Shown in pieces: positions 18,759-27,337 of a stretch of 35,964 nucleotides of DNA. The stretch's first letter is position 1, and the number at the start of each line of letters is the position of its first letter. Position numbers and translations under genes: made by a program. The DNA comes from an uncultured Methanosarcinales archaeon (GTDB lineage Archaea; Nanobdellota; Nanobdellia; Woesearchaeales; CAZPJY01), in contig CAZPJY010000019.1 in NCBI GenBank assembly GCA_964587045.1, forward strand, positions 1 to 35,964, given 5' to 3'. Below the pieces are notes generated by a model. It was not told the DNA's origin and did not search any database. It saw only the letters and a program-made list of their open reading frames with translations.

Positions 18759-19717
18759 TTATGGATTTATGGTACGACGAACTGGATTATGACGACAACC
18801 CGCTGACCACAGATCCGAGAAGGTCTGCCAAATTTCTCGTGGGACTTGACCTGATACAAGACGACCTCCTCTACAGGGTTGCCGCTTCAAACATGATTTT
18901 CTTAGAAGGTAAGGAGGGGCGTGGCAAATCAACCCTCCTGTGGTCGGTAGTCCGTGCCTTTCGGGGCAGGAAGAGAGTGATCTTCGTTGACTGCTCAAAA
19001 CTAAAAAAAGACCTCAATGTAGAAAAGCTGCTCACCAGGAGATCAGGCATCAGAGGAACCCTGTTCAAGACCAAGCCCAAAGGCATGATACTCCTGCTTG
19101 ACAACGTGCAGGACCTCTCCAAGCGTAACAGCGAGAGGATAAAGTACTACTTCGACCAGGACTACCTGCGGTCAGTCGTCTTCGCAGCCGAGTCCTTGCA
19201 AAAAGCCAATCTCTCAACCAGCATCAATCAGAGGATAGGGAAGAGGCATATCAAACTACCGGACATCTCAGCCTTCGAGGCTGTGGAGATAATAAACAGG
19301 AGGATGGGGGACGAAAACATCCTCTCCAGCGAGGATGACGCTCTGGTTACCAAAATTTTTTCGCTCAGCGGAGGACACGTGGGCGTTTTCCTCAGGTATT
19401 GCGAGAGGGTGGCTGAACATGCGGTAAAGAACGGGATGAAGCCCATCAAAGTCTCGCAGCTACCGAAAATACTCAAGGTCGATAACAAACCCAAGAAAGA
19501 TAAGCCCAAGAGAAAACCAAGCCCGAAGAAGAAGGCGCCCAAAAAGGGCAAATCCGTTAAGACCATACCTCTCAACAAGGTTATCGAGGAGAAAGTGGAT
19601 GAGGTCTCTTACCATAACCACAACCATGATGAGGTGCAACACCACCTTCCCAAAATGAAGCAATCCCAGAACGGAACGCCATTTGATATCTCTGTCGAGG
19701 AATACAACAAAATTTAG
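18755..19717 (+). CDS. AAA+ ATPase-like protein (ExeA-like N-terminus), degenerate Walker B, Lys-rich tail
   Basis: WY..L.Y.DNP...DP; Walker A GKEGRGKST; Walker B LLLDN. Start GTG 18755 or ATG 18761. Confidence 0.75.
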   Translation: MIMDLWYDELDYDDNPLTTDPRRSAKFLVGLDLIQDDLLYRVAASNMIFLEGKEGRGKSTLLWSVVRAFRGRKRVIFVDCSKLKKDLNVEKLLTRRSGIRGTLFKTKPKGMILLLDNVQDLSKRNSERIKYYFDQDYLRSVVFAAESLQKANLSTSINQRIGKRHIKLPDISAFEAVEIINRRMGDENILSSEDDALVTKIFSLSGGHVGVFLRYCERVAEHAVKNGMKPIKVSQLPKILKVDNKPKKDKPKRKPSPKKKAPKKGKSVKTIPLNKVIEEKVDEVSYHNHNHDEVQHHLPKMKQSQNGTPFDISVEEYNKI

Positions 19718-19728
19718 GTGCAGACCCA

Positions 19729-20409
19729 ATGTCTTACATATGGTACAGAAAACACGGATTTTACAACAATCCGTTCAGCATCAAACCCGCAGCGTTCACA
19801 GATGAGATAGTGGGCTTCCCGGTTAGGGACGTATTCAAAGTTATCGACACGCGGAAAGTCGCATTCATACAGGGAGATTATGGTCAGGGCAAGACAGCGA
19901 TCCTGAAGCGGATAATCAACCGCTACAAGGGCAAGAGGCGCCTCATCTACTACAGCTGCAACCGGGACGACTCACTCGACATCGATGGCCTGCTCAAAGG
20001 GGCAGGAAACCTCTTCTCTAGGATTTTGAGGCTCACGACCAAGGATGTCATCCTGCTGCTCGATGAAGCCTCCTCACTCTCAGCAAGGGACCTCAAATCC
20101 CTGAACAAGGCCTACCAGTCGAAGGATATCAGGTCAATCGTCTTCGTGGGCAAGACAAGGCCCTCTTTGCCTATGAAGACAGAAAACTTCAAGCTCTCCA
20201 AGCTATCCCTGTCTGACGCTGTTGAGCTGGTAAGGAAGCGCGTCGGCGATTTCCCCATGCTTAAGGACGCGATCATCAAGAAGGTCTTCCAAAAGAGCCA
20301 GCGCAACCCAAGGCTGCTGCTTGAGAACCTCGAAGACCTGTGCTACCTCGCAGACAGCCTCGGAGACACAGAGGTTCGCGAAGAGCATGTTAAGAAATTC
20401 TTCAAGTAA
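19729..20409 (+). CDS. AAA+ ATPase (ExeA-like), paralog of the upstream gene
   Basis: WY...GFYNNPFSIKP; Walker A GDYGQGKT; Walker B LLLDE; NPR sensor motif. Confidence 0.8.
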   Translation: MSYIWYRKHGFYNNPFSIKPAAFTDEIVGFPVRDVFKVIDTRKVAFIQGDYGQGKTAILKRIINRYKGKRRLIYYSCNRDDSLDIDGLLKGAGNLFSRILRLTTKDVILLLDEASSLSARDLKSLNKAYQSKDIRSIVFVGKTRPSLPMKTENFKLSKLSLSDAVELVRKRVGDFPMLKDAIIKKVFQKSQRNPRLLLENLEDLCYLADSLGDTEVREEHVKKFFK

Positions 20410-20489
20410 AAGCCCTTCGGACTCCAATTCACTTAAACAATAGTTTTATATACCACTTGTGAACTCCTCAGGCGAACACAGAGGAAAAA

Positions 20490-20600
20490 ATGAAGAGAGA
20501 AAAAGTATACAAAATACTTAAGGTGTGCAAAATCTGCAGGACCAAATTCGAGAGCCACAACGGCAACAGGCAGACCTGTTACCACTGCAGACCCAAATAG
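20490..20600 (+). CDS. 36-aa Zn-ribbon microprotein (not in ORF track)
   Basis: MKREKVYKILKVCKICRTKFESHNGNRQTCYHCRPK; TTTATATA at 20445-20452 and SD GAGGA at 20481. Confidence 0.75.
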   Translation: MKREKVYKILKVCKICRTKFESHNGNRQTCYHCRPK

Positions 20601-20701
20601 AGCCAACTACACACTCGAGAAAAAGTAATACCTTCTTCTTTAGCTGGCGTTCCAAACGAAACGTTTATATCCTATAACAACATGGCTGTTGCCAGGGGAA
20701 T

Positions 20702-20830
20702 ATGGCTGAGACGTGCAATATTTGTAAGAGCATCATGACTCTTACAGGCAAGAGGACAATCGGCGATACTGAGTACAAGTTGTACAAGTGCGAGAAGTGC
20801 AACAGGGTGGTCGCCAGAAGAGTCAATTAA
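20702..20830 (+). CDS. 42-aa Zn-ribbon microprotein (not in ORF track)
   Basis: MAETCNICKSIMTLTGKRTIGDTEYKLYKCEKCNRVVARRVN; TTTATAT at 20664-20670. Confidence 0.75.
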   Translation: MAETCNICKSIMTLTGKRTIGDTEYKLYKCEKCNRVVARRVN

Positions 20831-21884
20831 GCAGGACATCCCAAAGCCCTTTCTTTATCCTGATGGCCCTTTCCGGGCACACCTCATGACAACAAAAGCA
20901 TTTGATGCAGTTAGTATAATCAATCTTGGCAACCCGGTCAATACTTATCGTATGCGTTGGGCATACGCGGACGCAATCGCCACAGGCGATGCACTTCTTC
21001 TCAATGATCCAAGGTTTGGAGAGCACGGCCGGGGATAAGAGCCCCATTATGCTCCACCCGCCACCCCTTCCCCTCGCTGGCTTCCAATCGTCGACGGTAG
21101 GAACATCTCCTTCGATTGTGTACCCAGTTCCAAGACCCCTACTCTTTGCGATTTCGACCGAGGGCACGTTCTTTAGCTTCAGCATATCCACCATGAGGCT
21201 GTCAAGGGCGAACACGTCAGCGCTGGCTGCCAGGATGCCTACCCTCCTCGGATCCCCGCTTCCCGGACCTTGACCTTCCATACCGATGATCCCATCCATT
21301 ATGGTCAGTGAGGGCTTGACCACCTGCGCCAGGTCCACGAGCATCGCGGAAAATCGCTGCGGATCCTGCAGCTGCAGATGGAATTTTCCCTTGGCGAGTC
21401 CGGGGATGAGGCCGAACAGGTTCTTGACTCCCCCTGTGAAGGAGCAGAGGGCGTGGTTCTTGAGCTTTGGGAGGTTGATGATCACATCGAAATCGTCGAT
21501 CTCGGCTGCCAGGTCGAAATGGTTGTAGAATTCACCCCCCTCCTTCCTCTTGGTCTTCCTAAACTCGACGATTTTGGCCTTCTTAGCTGCTTGGAGCTGT
21601 CCTGCTTTGGCAGCTGCGCTTGAGAAGCTCTGGACTGCTGGGCTGTCCCCCAGGTAAGGCGAGCCCCCCGCTTCGATTACCAAGTCGATAACGCTGCTGA
21701 TGACAGCAGGATGTGTTGTTATTGCCGCTTCGACCGGCTTTCCTTGGAGTGTGTTGGGCTTCAACAGGACCTTGTCCCCGCCCTTGACGAATTTCGACAT
21801 GCCGCCAAGTCTGTCCATGAGCGCCTTCATAGACTGGTCAACGTGGGAATACGATTCGCACCTTTCAACTGCCACGACAACCAT
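20823..21884 (-). CDS. DUF362 domain protein with C-terminal 2x[4Fe-4S] ferredoxin
   Basis: VLLKPN, THP, GDSP, INLPKLK.H, KNLFG, D.I.GMEG.GP; CIACGDC...CP and CIKCFCC.E.CP. Confidence 0.9.
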   Translation of the reverse strand: MVVVAVERCESYSHVDQSMKALMDRLGGMSKFVKGGDKVLLKPNTLQGKPVEAAITTHPAVISSVIDLVIEAGGSPYLGDSPAVQSFSSAAAKAGQLQAAKKAKIVEFRKTKRKEGGEFYNHFDLAAEIDDFDVIINLPKLKNHALCSFTGGVKNLFGLIPGLAKGKFHLQLQDPQRFSAMLVDLAQVVKPSLTIMDGIIGMEGQGPGSGDPRRVGILAASADVFALDSLMVDMLKLKNVPSVEIAKSRGLGTGYTIEGDVPTVDDWKPARGRGGGWSIMGLLSPAVLSKPWIIEKKCIACGDCVRVCPTHTISIDRVAKIDYTNCIKCFCCHEVCPERAIRIKKGLWDVLLN

Positions 21885-21985
21885 GTCTAGCGGAACCGAA
21901 CCGGCCGTATATATTGGTTTCGTTAAAGAAGAAGTTTAACAGCAAACTCAAACTATTTAAAGCTGATGAAGTTTTTTGGATGTAA

Positions 21986-23365
21986 ATGATTACGGCAACT
22001 GATATCTATCATATCATGAGGTGCCCTACGAGGGTGTATCTAAGCAGGCATATGGACCAAAACCTAAAGAGGCCCCTCTCTGATTTTTCCAGGTTCCAGG
22101 TCGAAAGGAACAAGAACCATCAGGAGAGCATCCTTGAGGAACTCAAGAGCAAACCGCTCTCGTACACAACGACCGCAGAAGGTGCGGATAAGACCATCTC
22201 TGAGATGAAGAAGGGCGCGGAGCTGATATCACAAGGTGTGATAAAGCATGACGAATACCTCGCCCACCCGGACATTCTCAGAAGGGTTGGTTCAAAATCA
22301 GCTCTGGGCGATCACAGCTACGAGGCGATTGAGATCAAGCTGGGCAACCGGTTAAAGGACGAATACTTGATGCAGGTCATGTTCTACTCATTCGTCCTGT
22401 CAAAAATCCAGGGCAAGTGGCCGAAGAAGGCACACATAATAACAGGCGACTCGAGGGAGATAACAATTGATACTTCAGAGTACAGGGAAAGGTTCATGAA
22501 GATCCTACAGCTGCTGGAGAAGTATCTCGAGGAAAAGAGGCTAGACGTACCCATAATCAACGCCCACTGCACCGAGTGCGGGTGGGGTGACCTCTGCTTC
22601 CAGCACGCAATCGAGGCCGAAGACCTCAGCTTGATCTTTGGGATGGACAAGAGGAGCAGGGAGAAGCTCAATCATGTTGGTATCACGAAGATGGGCGAGC
22701 TGGCCAAAGCAGACCCACTCAAGGTTTCTGCCAAGACCGACCTTCCCAAGAACCGGCTCAGCAAGTGGAGTTTGCAGGCGCGATCCCTGCTGGAGAACAG
22801 GATCATCCCCATCAAGAAGCCGTCCATGCCCAACGGAAAAGCAAGCATCTTCTTTGACATCGAAGGGGATACCATGGGAAAGACGGAATACCTCCTCGGG
22901 CTGCTCGTACAGAAGGGCAACAGGAGGGAATACAAGCGGTTCTGGGCCGATAATCCTAAAAATGAAGGCGAGATGTGGAAAGACTTCCTATCATTCCTCG
23001 CCAAGCAGGAGGATTTCAGGCTATACCACTACACAGGCTACGAGAAAAGGGCCCTAGCCAAGCTCTTCGCAAAATATGGGGGGGACAAGAAGACATATGA
23101 CCGGGTTGTGGAAAGCCTCTTTGACCTCTACCCTGTCCTGCTGAAATCTGTTGTGCTACCTGTCACGTCCTATTCAATAAAGAGCGTCGCACCCCTTCTC
23201 GGTTTCAGATGGACCAACGACAAGGCAGGCGGTGCCCAGTCCCTCCTCTGGTACCACAACTACCAGGAAACGAAGAACCCGGCGCTCAAGGAAACCATTC
23301 TCGAGTACAACCGAAACGACTGCGAAGCGATGGTCACCATCCGGGACTGGCTCCTGAAATTATAG
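21986..23365 (+). CDS. TM0106-family RecB-like putative nuclease with C-terminal RNase H-like domain
   Basis: N-terminal CP, PD.L...EIK, C..C.W...C; C-terminal FFDIEG, YHY..YE, YSIK.VA..GF.W, YN..D. Confidence 0.85.
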   Translation: MITATDIYHIMRCPTRVYLSRHMDQNLKRPLSDFSRFQVERNKNHQESILEELKSKPLSYTTTAEGADKTISEMKKGAELISQGVIKHDEYLAHPDILRRVGSKSALGDHSYEAIEIKLGNRLKDEYLMQVMFYSFVLSKIQGKWPKKAHIITGDSREITIDTSEYRERFMKILQLLEKYLEEKRLDVPIINAHCTECGWGDLCFQHAIEAEDLSLIFGMDKRSREKLNHVGITKMGELAKADPLKVSAKTDLPKNRLSKWSLQARSLLENRIIPIKKPSMPNGKASIFFDIEGDTMGKTEYLLGLLVQKGNRREYKRFWADNPKNEGEMWKDFLSFLAKQEDFRLYHYTGYEKRALAKLFAKYGGDKKTYDRVVESLFDLYPVLLKSVVLPVTSYSIKSVAPLLGFRWTNDKAGGAQSLLWYHNYQETKNPALKETILEYNRNDCEAMVTIRDWLLKL

Positions 23366-23413
23366 AGTGCATATAAGCAAGCTTTAAATAAATAGGTTCT
23401 GCACTCAAATCGC

Positions 23414-24733
23414 ATGGCTTACTACTGGGAAAGGTCAAGGGATGATTCTGCTTCGCTCAAGGCCATCGATATCCTAAACACCATAAACTCCTTTGACATC
23501 GGACCCGTCTCCAGATCCATCATGTCCTACTCAGGCAGCGAAGACAGTTCCCTCGAGTACGCTGTCAGGTCCAGCAAGAAGGGCATCGCACCCGAAAAAT
23601 ACTCGCTGGGCAAGGTACGGAACCTGGCATCATGGGAAAACGAGATGGAAGAGCTGCTCTTGAACAAGCTCCACTTGCTCTTCGACTCCTCATCTGCCCT
23701 TCCCTTTGCCGAGCTGAGACCGGAACGCGAGGTGTCCGGGATGCCTGCTGACAAGAGCTGCGGACCGCCCGCATCGACAGGTATCAGACGGCTTTCCGAC
23801 TTCCTCTTCAAATATGACGGCAAGAGTCTGCGCTTTAACGAAAGACCCCTAAAGGAATACGTTAAACGCCAAGGATTCAAGGACAGATTCATCCAGATAC
23901 ACCTCAATGACATCATCTACAACCCCCTGGCTGAGGATTGGGAGGTTATGTCCGTATCCAGCGGGGAGAAGGGGGCTGCCGGAAGGTTGTACCTCGGACT
24001 TGCGCGCTTCCTCCATGAGCACAACACCAGAATCCACCCGGACGCTGAGACGGTGGTGCCTGTGCACCTTCCGTATTATGAAAGCTTCAGGAACGTGAGG
24101 GGCGGCCTGACCGAGTGGGGAGGGATCACCGAGGACCACAAGAGGGAAGCAACCTGGAAGGCCAACCAGGTGCTTGGGTGGTTGCAGAGCCGCTGGAAGG
24201 ATAAAAACGGCAAGCCGCTCAAGGTGAGGCTGGCTCTCGAAACCGGTGCGGGGCCTATTCTGGACAAGTCCGGCCGCGTGAGATACGCCCTCCTCCACGA
24301 GCCGCACCTGTTCCAGTTCCTCTCCGAGGGCCGTGAGAACATGATAGGCTACTGCATAGACACAGGCCACCTGAACCTCAGGGAAGACACAACCTTCAAG
24401 GACTACCTCGACAAGAGGATTGACGAGATCCACCTCAACGGCAATGAGGGAAAGGGGCTCGATCAGCACCTAATCGCAGGCCCGGGCACCCTCAAGGAGT
24501 GGGATGAGCAGTCCAGCTGGATCAAGGTTTTCCCCAGGCGCATATGCTTTGAGTTCGGCAGGCAGGACATGGAATTCTCCGAATACGTGTCTAATGTCAA
24601 ATCCCTTGTAAAGACCCTGTTCTTCGAGGACTACTCCACCCAGGACAGGAGGAGGATAGATAGCATACGCAACTACCTGGCCTCGAGGGGGAAGGTCTTT
24701 GAGGAATCCAACATCCAAGAGGCACCACAGTGA
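23414..24733 (+). CDS. AP-endonuclease-2/sugar-phosphate isomerase-like TIM-barrel protein with N-terminal extension
   Basis: Metal-ligand pattern LALE, IDTGH, EIHL, DQH, CFE. Confidence 0.65.
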   Translation: MAYYWERSRDDSASLKAIDILNTINSFDIGPVSRSIMSYSGSEDSSLEYAVRSSKKGIAPEKYSLGKVRNLASWENEMEELLLNKLHLLFDSSSALPFAELRPEREVSGMPADKSCGPPASTGIRRLSDFLFKYDGKSLRFNERPLKEYVKRQGFKDRFIQIHLNDIIYNPLAEDWEVMSVSSGEKGAAGRLYLGLARFLHEHNTRIHPDAETVVPVHLPYYESFRNVRGGLTEWGGITEDHKREATWKANQVLGWLQSRWKDKNGKPLKVRLALETGAGPILDKSGRVRYALLHEPHLFQFLSEGRENMIGYCIDTGHLNLREDTTFKDYLDKRIDEIHLNGNEGKGLDQHLIAGPGTLKEWDEQSSWIKVFPRRICFEFGRQDMEFSEYVSNVKSLVKTLFFEDYSTQDRRRIDSIRNYLASRGKVFEESNIQEAPQ

Positions 24734-25311
24734 GAAAGGTCGGGCTGACTGGAGGGATCGCATCTGGCAAGACTACTGTGGCGCGCATGTTCCAGGATTT
24801 GGGTGCCAACGTCACCGACCTGGACAGGATAGCTCACCAAACCTACAATCCAGGTAGGCCTGCCTACAATATGATAATAGAAGAGTTCGGTGAAAGGGTC
24901 CTGGCGAAAGATTCGACCGTTGACAGAAAGGAGCTGGGCAGGATCGTTTTTTCTGACAGGAGCAAGAAGGAGACTCTCGAAGACATAGTCTGGCCGGAGA
25001 TTGGGAAATACATAGAGGGGGACACAAGAAAGGGCATAAACATCTATGAGGCTGCCATACTATTCGACGCAGGATGGGACCTCCTGATGGACTACGTGAT
25101 TGTCGTCACTGCCCCTGAGGAGGTGAGGCTTGCCAGGATGCTTGAGAAATGGCCATACCTCAACAGGGGAGACGCAAAGGCGAGAATCAACTCACAGATG
25201 AACCAAGATGTTATGGTCAGGCGGGCCAACTGGGTCATCGACAACGGAGACACCCTCTATCTTACCAAGCTGAAGGTGAACCTGATCTGGGACAGGCTCA
25301 TATGTTCATGA
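24730..25311 (+). CDS. coaE: Dephospho-CoA kinase, bacterial-type
   Basis: VGLTGGIASGKTTV, DR..LG..VF.D, LE.I..P, RI.SQM, VIDN.G; GTG start overlaps the upstream stop. Confidence 0.9.
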   Translation: MRKVGLTGGIASGKTTVARMFQDLGANVTDLDRIAHQTYNPGRPAYNMIIEEFGERVLAKDSTVDRKELGRIVFSDRSKKETLEDIVWPEIGKYIEGDTRKGINIYEAAILFDAGWDLLMDYVIVVTAPEEVRLARMLEKWPYLNRGDAKARINSQMNQDVMVRRANWVIDNGDTLYLTKLKVNLIWDRLICS

Positions 25312-26194
25312 GTATTATGCGTTCTGTTAGGTCTGTCAGAATATGCACGATTTTCGCGCAGTGGTATAGAAAGCGAGTATCGGAATTCTTGGCCATCTTG
25401 GCATCAAGGTCCTTTGAGATGCTGTCTTTAAGGTATAGCGACCTCTTGACATTTTGGTTCTTGAAGTCGTAGAAGAGGTTGTAGACCGAGCCCAGCATCT
25501 CGTTGGCCTTTGCAAGCATAGCAACGGAGCCCTCGTTGATCCTGGATTTTGAGGCGTCCATTGCAAGCCTGGTGTACTCGTCACCAACCGTCTCCAACTC
25601 AGCAATTAGGTGGTGCATGGGCGGCGTCTTTTCCATCTCTCTGAGCCCTTTCTTCGCAAGCACCCTGAGGCAGAAGTTTGAGAACTTGTTGATGCTGTAG
25701 TCCTGGAACTCCATCGCGACCAGGGCTTCGGAGTCCTTCTTTTGCAGTGCGGTAAGGGTTTCTGCAGCCATGTTCTTCAGCAGCAGGAAAATCCTCCTGA
25801 GTATGTTTTCGAATTCCTCCTCGTTCGGGCTTGAGACATCCTTTATCGTGCAGCTTGTTGGGCTGTGCGAAACGATGGCGAAGCCGAGCAGGGCATCGAC
25901 CACCTGCTGAATCAGCTTGAGCTTTGCTGGCCCCTCAAACTTGAGTGTGACAACATCTGCCCCTTTCCTGTACGCTGAAATTATGTAGGTCCAGACGAGC
26001 CGGTCATCCAGTCCTGAAAGGTCAATGTTGAGAGTGGTTGGTTTGAATGACTGCTCTGTAGATATCAAGATATCCTTCCCAACCTCAGAGATGTCGACCT
26101 CATTGCCGGCCTTGAGGTCGAAGCGCTTGATCCAGTCCCTGGGAATGGTGACTGTCAAGGCGTTTTGGCCCTGTTTTACCAGTTTTCGTCGCAT
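25298..26194 (-). CDS. AbrB-PhoU archaeal phosphate-uptake regulator-like protein
   Basis: RKLVKQG...TVTIP..W AbrB domain, ISAY..G.D, PhoU helices D..IN...LE..GD. Confidence 0.85.
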   Translation of the reverse strand: MRRKLVKQGQNALTVTIPRDWIKRFDLKAGNEVDISEVGKDILISTEQSFKPTTLNIDLSGLDDRLVWTYIISAYRKGADVVTLKFEGPAKLKLIQQVVDALLGFAIVSHSPTSCTIKDVSSPNEEEFENILRRIFLLLKNMAAETLTALQKKDSEALVAMEFQDYSINKFSNFCLRVLAKKGLREMEKTPPMHHLIAELETVGDEYTRLAMDASKSRINEGSVAMLAKANEMLGSVYNLFYDFKNQNVKRSLYLKDSISKDLDAKMAKNSDTRFLYHCAKIVHILTDLTERIILMNI

Positions 26195-26254
26195 TTTACT
26201 GGGTAAAGATAATTCATATATAAAATGGGCTGTTGAAGATATAATAAATCATTT

Positions 26255-26285
26255 TGTTATATAAGTTCTGAATGTTATATATTCA
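26255..26285. promoter_or_regulatory. Candidate regulator site: TGTTATATA direct repeat plus TGAAT-N7-ATTCA palindrome
   Basis: TGTTATATA at 26255-26263 and 26273-26281; TGAAT 26269-26273 / ATTCA 26281-26285, in a divergent intergenic region. Confidence 0.35.
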
Positions 26286-26340
26286 ATATAGGTAAAGTAT
26301 ATCCATCACGGCGCATATCTGCATCTCGGAGGTTGATACC

Positions 26341-27336
26341 ATGAAACTAGAAGAGTACTTGGATTGTGTCGAGATCGGGAAGGCCGATAGGAAGGCCAAC
26401 CTGGCCGTGTTCCCGCTTTACGCGGATATGAAGCGGGCCGCACGAGCGCCGCAGCAGGTGAAATACAGGCTCCTTGCAGAAGCGATAAAGGAAGGCAGCC
26501 TCACCATCAGCGAGGGTAAGAGCGCATCGGTAAACCAATTATGTGTCTTCAATGACAGCGACGAGAAGATACTGATGCTCAAGGGAGAGACCGTGGTGGG
26601 AGGCAAGCAGAACAGGATGCTAACCGCCAACGTGCTCCTGAAGCCCAAAACCAGCGTCTATGTGCCTGTTCACTGCGTCCAGCAGGGCAGATGGGACATG
26701 GGGGGCCAGGACTTTGAGGTCTATGACATGGCATCCCCATCGATCAGGCACGGGGTGGCCAAGAGCAACGCAGGCTCAGCAGGCCAAGGGGCGACGTGGG
26801 GTTTGGTGTCCAACTTCTTGGCCAGCAGCAACGTCCGGTCGGGATCGTCCGACTACACTGAGGTGAAGAGGCAGCGCAAGAACGATATAGGATCCTATGT
26901 CAAGCATTTCCAGATTGGCAGGGGACAGGTCGGCATGATCGCATCAATCGCGAGCGATGAGGGCGGAAAGCTCTTCTTGGACCTATTCTATGACGAACGG
27001 GCTATGGCCGGGCATTTCGAACGCCTCATTTCCAGCTACGCTATCGAGGCGCTGGGCGGACTGCCTGGCAACACGACCGCCAGCAAGTCCAGGGCAAAGG
27101 AGTTCTTGTCTGAAGTGGCAGCAGCAAAGAAGGAAATCTCAGATTCCCTCTCGCTCGGGAAGGACATCGAGCTCAGGGACCCAAAGATACATGGCGCAGC
27201 ACTAAGTTACAAGGGCATACCGCTCTACGCAGGGGCGTTGTACGACGGAACGTCGAGGAGGCCGATATTCGAGCCCAACTTCAGGGACGGGCCCAACTTC
27301 TTCACTGGAGGCTCCGTTACAAGGTCGAGGTTCTGA
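26341..27336 (+). CDS. ARPP-1/DUF6569-family protein
   Basis: NL.VFPL, V..L...N, GE...GGKQNR, VPV.CV.QGRW, Q...W; SD GGAGGT. Confidence 0.75.
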   Translation: MKLEEYLDCVEIGKADRKANLAVFPLYADMKRAARAPQQVKYRLLAEAIKEGSLTISEGKSASVNQLCVFNDSDEKILMLKGETVVGGKQNRMLTANVLLKPKTSVYVPVHCVQQGRWDMGGQDFEVYDMASPSIRHGVAKSNAGSAGQGATWGLVSNFLASSNVRSGSSDYTEVKRQRKNDIGSYVKHFQIGRGQVGMIASIASDEGGKLFLDLFYDERAMAGHFERLISSYAIEALGGLPGNTTASKSRAKEFLSEVAAAKKEISDSLSLGKDIELRDPKIHGAALSYKGIPLYAGALYDGTSRRPIFEPNFRDGPNFFTGGSVTRSRF

Positions 27337-27337
27337 G

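Noticed and set aside
21986..23365. cas4 / CRISPR locus
   Set aside because: No repeats or other cas genes; the architecture fits TM0106.
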